Shown piece by piece: positions 1 to 8,200 of a stretch of 64,000 bases of DNA. The notes under the pieces were generated by a model. The model had not been told where the DNA came from and did no database searches. It saw only the letters and a list, made by a program, of their open reading frames with translations. Where the stretch lies: assembly GCA_029262235.1 (NCBI GenBank), contig JAJCZU010000008.1, forward strand, positions 195,621-259,620. Direction: 5' to 3'. Source of the stretch: Candidatus Eiseniibacteriota bacterium (GTDB taxonomy: Bacteria; Orphanbacterota; Orphanbacteria; Orphanbacterales; Orphanbacteraceae). Positions within the stretch are counted from its first letter, which is position 1. Each line of letters begins with the position of its first letter. The position numbers and the translations under genes are program-made.

Positions 1-312
1 GTGACCTCGTTCACGGTCGAAGACGCCCGCGCGCTCCGCGAGAGCGTCGTCGCAATCGTGAGCACCGTAAAAAACATGACGCAGCCGGAAATGCTGGCTG
101 CGATGAACAACGCCGTCAGCTTTTACGGGCAGATGGGCGTCGATGTCGACGAGAAGGTCTCGACATGGGACCTGCTGAAGGAGCTGAATTCTCCCGAGGC
201 TCGTCGCGGCATGGCGTTCATGGTCCGTTTCATGAAGAACGTAGCAGCAGCCCAATACGCGTCACCGCCAGCTTCGGGCAACGGACGCGAAAGTGAAGGA
301 GGATCCCGATGA
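1..312 (+). CDS. partial CDS (5' end outside window), DUF1641-like C-terminal fragment
   Basis: The ORF is open to the window edge. The motif WDLLKELNSPEARRGMAFMVRFMKNV resembles the C-terminal signature I recall for DUF1641 proteins. The stop overlaps the next start (ATGA at 309-312), implying an operon with the sulfur-relay genes. Confidence 0.45.
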   Translation: MTSFTVEDARALRESVVAIVSTVKNMTQPEMLAAMNNAVSFYGQMGVDVDEKVSTWDLLKELNSPEARRGMAFMVRFMKNVAAAQYASPPASGNGRESEGGSR

Positions 313-626
313 CCACCATGACCCTGAACGATCGCTCGATCGAAGTAAATGAAGAGGGCTTCCTCGTGAACCCCGACGACTGGACCGAAGAAATCGCGCA
401 GGACATCGCCTTCAAGGAAGACATCGGCGAACTGAACGACGAGCACTGGAAAGTGATCCGGTTCATGCGCGGCGACTTCAAAGCGAACGGCAAGGTACCG
501 ACAATTCGCCGGATGAAAACGGCGGGCGGCGTGCCAGTGAAAGACATCTACCGTCTGTTCCCGAAAGGCCCCGCCAAGAAAGCGGCGAAGATCGCCGGGC
601 TCTCGAAACCGGAAGGGTGTGTATAG
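309..626 (+). CDS. TusE/DsrC-family sulfur relay protein (single C-terminal Cys, ends ...KPEGCV)
   Basis: 105 aa with the typical DsrC/TusE length and the C-terminal GCV penultimate-Cys arm. The second Cys about 10 residues upstream that is typical of bona fide DsrC is absent. GGAGGA RBS 6 nt upstream. Confidence 0.85.
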   Translation: MTTMTLNDRSIEVNEEGFLVNPDDWTEEIAQDIAFKEDIGELNDEHWKVIRFMRGDFKANGKVPTIRRMKTAGGVPVKDIYRLFPKGPAKKAAKIAGLSKPEGCV

Positions 627-656
627 CGCCGGCGGTAACGCCAGGAGGTTATTCAA

Positions 657-1133
657 ATGTCGTACGACAACGGCAAAATCGAAAAAGTATCCATCGTGAT
701 CTCGCGTGGTTCTCTCGACGGGGTGTACCCGGGCCTGATCATGGCGAACGGAGCGCGGATGGAGGGGATCGAAGCGAACCTCTTCTTCACGTTCTTCGGG
801 CTCGAATCGATCATGACGAAGCACATGGACAAACTGAAAGTCGCCACGGTGGGCAACCCGGCAATGCATATGCCGAGCGTAGTCGGCATGCTCCCGGGCA
901 TGTCCTCACTCGCGACGAAAATGATGGGCAGGGAGATGGAGAAGATCGACATTCCGCCTGTTCCTGAATTCATCGAGATGGTGCACGACGCGGGCGTGGA
1001 ACTGTACGCATGCAAAGCCACCGTCGACATGTTCCATCTGAAGAAAGAAGACTTCTGCCCGCAGGTGGAAGACATCATCAACGTTGGACAGTTTTACGAA
1101 ATGGCCCACGGCGGCCAGATCATCTTTACGTAA
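657..1133 (+). CDS. DsrE/DsrF-like (DsrE3 / COG2210-type) sulfur-carrier protein
   Basis: 158 aa. KVSIVISRGSLDGVYPGLIMANGA...FFTFFGL and the conserved LYACKATVDM Cys motif are typical of the DsrE-like fold. AGGAGG RBS. Confidence 0.75.
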   Translation: MSYDNGKIEKVSIVISRGSLDGVYPGLIMANGARMEGIEANLFFTFFGLESIMTKHMDKLKVATVGNPAMHMPSVVGMLPGMSSLATKMMGREMEKIDIPPVPEFIEMVHDAGVELYACKATVDMFHLKKEDFCPQVEDIINVGQFYEMAHGGQIIFT

Positions 1134-1143
1134 GGAGGCTGTT

Positions 1144-2412
1144 ATGTGTAATGCAAGGCGAAACGCGGGCGGCCTGATCGCTCTGGTTGTCGCACTGGCG
1201 TTCCTGGCCGGCACGGCTCAAGCCACCACCGGGTATTTCTCGCACGGCTGCGGTGTCGACTACAAAGGGATGGCGGGGGCGGGATCCGCACTCGCGCTGA
1301 ACTCGTTCGCCGGCGCCCACAACCCGGCGGCCCTGTCGTTCGTCGGTCAGCGCTTCGACGTCGACGTGGCGCTCTTCAGCCCGCAGCGCTCGTACACGGT
1401 TACGAACAATCCCTCGATGATGCAGGGAACGTTCGGACTCGCGCCCGGCAAGTTCGACAGTGAGAACGAAGGCTTCTTCATTCCATCGCTGGCAGGGAAC
1501 TGGCGGCTGCGGGAAGGGTTGACTCTCGGAGTTGCCGTCTATGGCAATGGAGGCATGAACACGCAGTGGCCGACCAACACGTTCGGCGGGACATCGCCGG
1601 TCGGCGTCGATCTGTCGCAGGCGTTTCTCGCTCCGTCGCTGTCCTGGCGCGTGAATGACATGCACGGCGTCGGTGTTACGCCGATCTTCGCGTACCAGTG
1701 GTTCGAAGCAACGGGCCTCGAAGCGTTCGGGGGATTCTCCGGCGACGCCCCGAATCTCACGAACAACGGGTACGACCAGTCTTACGGCGGCGGATTCCGC
1801 GTCGGGTACCTCGGACAGTTCACGCCCGTATTCTCACTCGGCGCGAGCTTCCAGAGCCGCATGTGGATGACGGAGTTCGACGAATACGCGGGACTCTTCG
1901 CGGAAAGCGGCGGCTTCGATATTCCGCCGACGTGGGTCGTCGGTCTCGGCGTACAGCCGAACAACGACCTGCGCCTCGCATTCGACGTGTCGCAGATTCT
2001 CTATGAAGAAGTGGCGGCCGTTTCGAACTCGATGCTCCCCGGCCTGGAGACGAACATGCTCGGCAGCGAAAACGGAGCCGGGTTCGGATGGCAGAACATC
2101 TACGTCTTCAAAGGCGGCGCCGAATATGACCTGAACCACAAATGGACGGTGCGCGGAGGCTACTCGTACAACGATCAGCCGATTCCGGACACCGAAGTCA
2201 TGTTCAACATCCTCGCACCCGGCGTGCAGCAGCATCACATCACCGGCGGGACCTCGTTCCTCATGAACGACCGGAACGAAGTCGGGCTCGCCGTGATGTA
2301 TTCGCCGACAAGCACGGTCAAGGGCGCGAATCCGCTCGAAGTACCGGACCAGCAGACGATCGAACTGGAAATGAGCCAGTGGGAGATCGCCCTCGGATTC
2401 ACGTACTTCTAG
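1144..2412 (+). CDS. FadL/OmpP1/TodX-family outer-membrane channel for hydrophobic compounds
   Basis: AAGGAGG RBS 6 nt before the ATG at 1144. Signal peptide ...LAGTAQA. The N-terminal GYFSHGxG...GMAGAGSA motif and the beta-strand-rich sequence ending in ...GFTYF (terminal aromatic) fit an OM beta-barrel of the FadL family. Confidence 0.7.
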   Translation: MCNARRNAGGLIALVVALAFLAGTAQATTGYFSHGCGVDYKGMAGAGSALALNSFAGAHNPAALSFVGQRFDVDVALFSPQRSYTVTNNPSMMQGTFGLAPGKFDSENEGFFIPSLAGNWRLREGLTLGVAVYGNGGMNTQWPTNTFGGTSPVGVDLSQAFLAPSLSWRVNDMHGVGVTPIFAYQWFEATGLEAFGGFSGDAPNLTNNGYDQSYGGGFRVGYLGQFTPVFSLGASFQSRMWMTEFDEYAGLFAESGGFDIPPTWVVGLGVQPNNDLRLAFDVSQILYEEVAAVSNSMLPGLETNMLGSENGAGFGWQNIYVFKGGAEYDLNHKWTVRGGYSYNDQPIPDTEVMFNILAPGVQQHHITGGTSFLMNDRNEVGLAVMYSPTSTVKGANPLEVPDQQTIELEMSQWEIALGFTYF

Positions 2413-2811
2413 GGAAGTCAAAGTGTCGGCTTTGGCCGGCCGGCCTCGGTGCCGGCAGGCACGATCGGGAAAAACGGCGCGCTTCGTACACGGAGCGCGC
2501 CGCTCCTTCATGCCGGGGGCCGTGACTGCAGTGACGTTTCAAGCAGGCTGAAACCGATCCGGCCTGAATTGTTCCGCATTTCGTTCGATGTCCGCTCCCC
2601 GCCCCTCCCGGGGGCGCGAGTCCCCGCCAGGGTGACAGCGGTCAAAAGCAAACCCAATCCATCTTGTTCCTGAGAAGAATCGAGTCGATAGAAAAGGAAA
2701 GAGCCTTACCAGCAAGGTTCGGGGGCGATCTCATTCGATCTTCCGCGAACGAAACGAAATCGTTTCAGAACTAAACTAATGGGGTCGATCCCCGCAACCG
2801 GAGCAGATGCC

Positions 2812-3342
2812 ATGTTTTCCATGAAGAAGATCGTTCCCCTCGCAGCACTCGTACTGGTAGTCACGGCTGGTAGCGTCTACGCTGCGACCACGGGTACCTC
2901 GGATGTCATTCTCGAGGCCAGCGCGACTGCGCAGCTCAACATCATCGACGCGAGCATCACGCTGACGCCGAACCAGACCGACTACGAAACGGGTTACGTT
3001 TCAGCCGAAGGCGCGGCCGGTATCGCCGTCGATATCCGGACGAACAGCTCCACCGGCGCGATCCTCCGTGTGAACTGCGGCGACGGGTCGCCCGAGATCA
3101 CGCTGACCGACCTGTTGTTCAAGACGGCGACGGCAGCGGGAGGCGCCGGCAGCACGCAGGCTTCCTACACGGCGATAACCGCCGCGGATCAGGACCTCTG
3201 GAGCACGACGACCACTTCGCCTTCGTACACGACCATCGATACCGACATCCGGGTCCAGAATCTCTGGAACTACTCCGATCCGGGCGGTGCGGGAACCACA
3301 AGCTACACGAATACATTAACTTACACCGTCGTCGTTCAGTAA
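2812..3342 (+). CDS. secreted fibre-subunit-like protein, paralogue 1 (SCPU/Csu-like, putative pilin)
   Basis: Signal peptide MFSMKKIVPLAALVLVVTAGSVYA. About 50 percent identical to the next gene product. The C-terminal ...TTSYTNTLTYTVVVQ resembles the G-Y-(T/D)-T-(I/L)-T-V-T-V C-terminal strand of SCPU/Csu/type-1 fimbrial subunits. Start could also be 2821 or 2779. Confidence 0.6.
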   Translation: MFSMKKIVPLAALVLVVTAGSVYAATTGTSDVILEASATAQLNIIDASITLTPNQTDYETGYVSAEGAAGIAVDIRTNSSTGAILRVNCGDGSPEITLTDLLFKTATAAGGAGSTQASYTAITAADQDLWSTTTTSPSYTTIDTDIRVQNLWNYSDPGGAGTTSYTNTLTYTVVVQ

Positions 3343-3348
3343 GGGACC

Positions 3349-3383
3349 GGTCCACCTCTCGTCGCATCTGCGAGAGGTGGACC
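3349..3383 (+). terminator. perfect 13-bp stem-loop directly after subunit gene 1 (partial terminator / attenuator candidate)
   Basis: GGTCCACCTCTCG (3349-3361), 9-nt loop, CGAGAGGTGGACC (3371-3383), starting 7 nt after the TAA stop at 3340-3342. No U-tract follows. Confidence 0.5.
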
Positions 3384-3561
3384 GAACCTCTGCCCCCGAC
3401 TTGCCCGTTTCTGGTCGATTCTTCCCCGATCCTGCTCAATCTTTCCATTCCGCAGCCGAAAAGCATAAATAGTGGAGATCTTTCCTGCTCTTGTACCTGC
3501 CCGGGCAAGGGATTTCCTGAAAATCGTGCAGAGATGAACTCTTTCGGGAAGGGAAAGCCGC

Positions 3562-4044
3562 ATGCCGGCTACGCGCACACTAGTACGCGCTCTGTTCGTG
3601 GTGACGATGCTGCTTGCGACGACGTCGACGCGGGCCCTGGCTCAGCTGAGCATCACGATCGTGAGTGCCAGCACTTCGCTGTCGCCGACTCAGCCGGACT
3701 ACGAGGCAGGTTACGTGGAAGTGACCGGAACGGGGGGCATTCACGTGAGAGTTACCACGCCCAACAGTGCGGGCCTGATCCTCTACGTCCGCTGCGACGA
3801 CGGCACACCCGAGATCGGTCTCTCTGACCTTCTCGTGAAATCCGCGACCACGGGAACACTCCTTCCTTCTTACACGGCGATCACGGGAACGGATCAATCA
3901 CTCTGGTCTGTGGCCGGTGCCGTTACGGACGAGGATGTCTATACGGACATTCGCATTCAGGGACTCTGGAGTTACCCGGACGCGGCGGGAGGCGGCACGA
4001 CATCCTATACCAATACGCTCACTTACACGGTGGTGGACCAATGA
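3562..4044 (+). CDS. secreted fibre-subunit-like protein, paralogue 2
   Basis: Signal peptide ...TSTRALAQ. Colinear similarity to paralogue 1: PxQxDYExGYV, V(N/R)C(G/D)DG(S/T)PEI, SYTAIT, TDIR(V/I)Q(N/G)LW, TTSYTNTLTYTVV. GGGAAGGGAAAG RBS. Confidence 0.6.
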   Translation: MPATRTLVRALFVVTMLLATTSTRALAQLSITIVSASTSLSPTQPDYEAGYVEVTGTGGIHVRVTTPNSAGLILYVRCDDGTPEIGLSDLLVKSATTGTLLPSYTAITGTDQSLWSVAGAVTDEDVYTDIRIQGLWSYPDAAGGGTTSYTNTLTYTVVDQ

Positions 4045-5186
4045 TGAACCGAAGAAATCGCATGACAGAAAAAGCGTGGCTGGCAGGAGTCGTGCTGCTG
4101 ATCCTGTTCATGCCCGCAGCCTCGAGCGCCGGCCTCGGCATGGGGATCACGCCGACGAAGCTGCATCTCTCCCTCGAACCGGGCGTCACGCATACGACAA
4201 CCGTCGAGGTCAGCAATACGGGTACCGACCCGGTTCGCGTCGTGACCTACGTCGTCGACTGGACAACACCACGCGAAGGGGGCATGAGTTTCCTTCCGCA
4301 GGGCGAAGTCGCAAGATCCGCATCTCAATGGGTGGACGTCGACCTTTCCGAGTTCGTACTCCCTCCCGGGGAATCGCAGATCGTGCGCGTTACCGCCGCA
4401 CTTCCCGATACCGCGCGCGGCTCCTACTGGTCGCTGATTTTCTTCGAAGGCGAAGGCGCCACGAGTCGCCGCGGAATCGGCATCGGAGCGAAGGCGCGTA
4501 TGGGAACAACGGTGTATCTCTCCGCTTCGGGAACGGAGGAGCGAAGCGACGCTTTGACCGAAATGGAGATCGTGCGCGATGCCGGCTCGGACACGCTGCG
4601 CCTCGTGACATCGCTCGCGAATCGCGGCAACGTTTACTATTACCCGGAAGGGTGGTTCCAGGTCATCGACGACGAAGGAGCCGTGGTCTTCGAAGAGAAG
4701 ATCCCGCTGCGCGTCCTGCTCCCCGGCAGGGAGACGCAGTACAACATTCCCTGGAAACCGACATCGAACGGCAGGAATCGTTTCGTGGCAACGTTCGATT
4801 CCGGTCTCGAAAGCCTCATGCAGGGCGTGAAGAAGTTCGACGTCGAGGAGAAGCTGCCCGAAACGCAGGTACCGGCGATTGCGCATCCCCCCTCGCCGAT
4901 GACGAATCCCGCGCCGAACTACGAGCCACCGGCGGCGGCCGGATCCACTCGCTACGGCGTGCATGTCGAATCGCTTGCACAACGCCACGAGGCAGAGGCC
5001 GCGGCCGCGCGCTACGCCTCGCAGTATCCCGTTGCGATCCGCGCAATCGACCTCGGTACGAAAGGGACGTGGCACCGCATCGTTGTCGGAGAGTTCGCCG
5101 GGAAGAGCGAAGCGAAGGCGTTCGCGAGAAAGCTCGCCGACAGTTTCCATCTGGACTACACCATGGTAGTCCCGCTCGACTCCTGA
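4041..5186 (+). CDS. PapD-like periplasmic chaperone-like protein with C-terminal SPOR (peptidoglycan-binding) domain
   Basis: The ATG overlaps the upstream stop (ATGA). Signal/TM segment. The N-terminal ITPTKLHLSLEPGVTHTTTVEVSNTGTDPVRVV...W resembles the PapD_N Ig-fold signature. The C-terminal YGVHVESLAQRHEAEAAAARYASQYPVAIRAIDLGTKGTWHRIVVGEFAGKSEAKAFARKL matches the SPOR pattern. Confidence 0.6.
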   Translation: MMNRRNRMTEKAWLAGVVLLILFMPAASSAGLGMGITPTKLHLSLEPGVTHTTTVEVSNTGTDPVRVVTYVVDWTTPREGGMSFLPQGEVARSASQWVDVDLSEFVLPPGESQIVRVTAALPDTARGSYWSLIFFEGEGATSRRGIGIGAKARMGTTVYLSASGTEERSDALTEMEIVRDAGSDTLRLVTSLANRGNVYYYPEGWFQVIDDEGAVVFEEKIPLRVLLPGRETQYNIPWKPTSNGRNRFVATFDSGLESLMQGVKKFDVEEKLPETQVPAIAHPPSPMTNPAPNYEPPAAAGSTRYGVHVESLAQRHEAEAAAARYASQYPVAIRAIDLGTKGTWHRIVVGEFAGKSEAKAFARKLADSFHLDYTMVVPLDS

Positions 5187-5220
5187 TCGAAACGCAGGGA
5201 AGCCGGAAGGTCAGGGCAGG

Positions 5221-8200
5221 ATGCCTATGATTCGAAAACGATACATCCTCGCTGCCATCGTGCTGTTATTGCTCGCGATCGGCCTCCGTATCGCGCGCTC
5301 CCCCGGGGAAAGCCCGGGAGAGCAGGTGATAAGAGAAGATGAGCACGGTTCCTCTGTTGAATCGGCAAGGTGGAGAGCTCCCGGCAATCGCGTCGACTCC
5401 GATCTCTCAACGCGAAGTGCGGAGGAAAACACGCCCGGGGGTTTTGTGATCCGGCGGATTCCTCGATCGGAGTTCCAGGTCGCAGAGACCGCGGAGCGCG
5501 AAGAGCATAATCCGGAACGCGAAGCGACCTCTACGACGACGCCTGTGTCCGCACCGGCGCACCGGTCCGACGCCGCGCAAGCGAACGCAGGCACGAGCCA
5601 CGCGAATACGATCGTGCGAACAAACCAGGGAGAAGCGTCGAGCGGAAAGGCAGTCGTTACGCGCGACGCGGACGCGAACACGAGCGCGAACACGAGCACG
5701 AATACGAGCACGAATACGAGCACGAACGTTGTCGAGAATGGCGCCGCAGGACAAAAAAAAGTCGCGCCCCTCGTTCTCGCGCCGCGAATCGAACCGACGC
5801 ATCGCGCGCCGGTTCCCGACGAGGCCGAGTCTCTCGAAGAATCCGAGCCGTTCGTGGTAAGCCGCGTCGAGCGCCAGAACCGGGACGCGGGCAAGACTGT
5901 CGCGCCATCCGGCGTTGTCACCCAATCTCACGATCAGTCGAACGGGGAAGCGATCGCCGCGCGCGACACGAACACGAGCACGAACACGAACACGAGCACG
6001 AGCACGAACGTTGTCGAGAATGGCACGGCAATACAAGAGCAAGCCGCTCCCCTCGTTCTCGCGCCGCGAATCGAACCGACGCATCGCGCGCCGGTTCCCG
6101 CCGAGGCCGAGTCTCTCGAAGAATTCGAGCCGTTCGTGGTAAGCCGCGTCGAGCGGGAAGACCGAAACGACAACACGCCCGAAACGCGGCGTGAAAACCT
6201 TACTGCCGCAACAGAAGTTCCGTCTCGACCGGCGACCGGGCCCGCGACCGCGCCAACGACGGCGCCAATGACCGCGCCAACGACCGCGCCAACGACGGCG
6301 AAAACGTTGTCGCAAACGAACGAGATCAAGACGTCGAGAAGCAAGGCCGCAGTCATGCGCGACGCGAACACCAACACCGACGTCGTCGAAAACGGCGCCC
6401 TGGTACAAGAGGAAAGTGCGCCTCTGGTTCTCGCGCCGGAAACGGGCGTTGCAGCGCAGGAGAACGTTGCGGAGTCGCAGGAATCGGTCGAATTCCCTTC
6501 GGTCGAACCGCAGGAAGATTTCGAAGTGCGACTCGTCAAACGCGGCGAAAGCGACGGCACCCCCCCTGCCTTGCACGAATATTCGCAGTACGAAGAGAGC
6601 GATCTCGAAACGTTCGAATCCAGGCAGATTCCCGTGTCCGAGTTTCCGCTCGTCGAAACGCTGCATCGCCGTATCCGCATGCGCAAGAACCAGGCGGCTG
6701 AACCGGCACCGCTCATGTCCCGCGTTCCGCAGCAGAACAACTCCGTCTTTCGCCTCTGGGACCAGATCGCGCTTCGCTTCTCGAGTGTTCTGAACCGGCC
6801 CCAGGTCGGGGAGGCAACGCGGGAGGGACGCTATGACGTAAATCTCGTACGGATGCAGTCGGCGGGGCGGTTTGATCTCGAAAGCCGGATCGGCGATCGC
6901 GACGGGGACTATTATCTCGCGCGGGGATACGCGGGGTTTGCCACGCGGAGCGGCTGGGCCGCGGGGGTCGGCGATCAGACGATCGGATACGGCGGCGCGG
7001 GGCTGCATGGCGCTACCGCGCGCGGAATCCAGATTCGGCACACACGCCGTGCCGGCAGTTCCTCCGCAACGTGGTCCGGAGGGGCCATGGTCGGCGGAGC
7101 GGCTTTGCAGCACGCGAATCTCGAAGACGGAAAGTTTCCGCGCCGCGTCGAAGCCGCCTATCTGCGTGTGGAAAAGCCGCGCCGACAGGGAATCGAGGGA
7201 GTGGTGTATCACCTGGCCGAGCGCGAAGCGGGAAGCGTCATCTCACCGGACGGAATCCGCGGCGGTGCGGGCGTCGGTCTCTCCGGCTCTTTCATCCGGA
7301 GCGGCCTCGACTTGCGCGCAGAGTATACGGGTTCGGCTCCGCAGTTCGAAAACGGGAGCACGGAGCGGGGGCAGGCGCTCGATCTCCGGAGTACGGGTAC
7401 CCGCGGCCCTGTGAATCTTTCCGGCCGGCTTCGTACGAGCCGCGGCGCGGCGTATGAAATGGGACCCTTCGGCATCATGGAGCGCATCCCGCGATTGATT
7501 CAGGACGCGAATCTCTCCCTGAGACCGGGGCGCGGTTCGAGCGTCAGCGTCTTCGGCGGACGCTGGGAATACCCGCCCGACATCTTCCCGGACACATTGG
7601 AATCGGCTTCCACGAGAAGATCGATCGAAGGGAATCGCCGCGGCGCCAGACTGACATGGAGAAGCGGGCGGAGCGGTACGGGGCTTTCCGCGTCGCGCGA
7701 ATATCGAGAACGCGTACTGGAGTCGGGATCCGAACGCGTCGCGACCCTCGCTGCTTCGGTTTCGCAGAGGATTCGCAGGCTTCTGAACGCGTCGCTCTCC
7801 TGGAACCGGCTCGACTACGATCACCGCGCTTCGAACAACTACCTCACCGGCTCCATGAGCCTCGACATGGGGCGCAGGGGAACATTGACCCTGCAACAGC
7901 GGAGCTTCTGGCAGGAGCCGTTCGGGCCGCGGCTCGAGTCGATCGTCGACCTCTCTTCGTTCCGACTCCTGAACAACAGGCTGTCACTTTCGGGCCAGGT
8001 CGCACTGACTTACGAGCAGCGTGACGACGGACGATTCTACCGCGATCAGACACGCGGACAGGTGGCGGGTGACTATCGCATCGGTCGGTTCGATCGGCTG
8101 TCCGGTCGTTACCAGCTGAGTCACTCACCAGTCGGACACGTCCATACGGCTTACGTCGGCCTCACACACTCGCTCGATTCGCGAAGCGATATTTCCTCCG

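Noticed and set aside
3917-5230. 437-aa Arg-rich ORF overlapping the chaperone-like gene in another frame
   Set aside because: Extreme Arg/Gly/Asp composition with no signal or motif. The +1-shifted frame (4041-5186) carries the PapD-like and SPOR signatures and is translationally coupled to the upstream gene.
5753-5760. A8 homopolymer as a phase-variation switch
   Set aside because: Recorded under the repeat finding. On its own, eight A residues are at the lower limit for slipped-strand switching, and there is no population data here to support variation.
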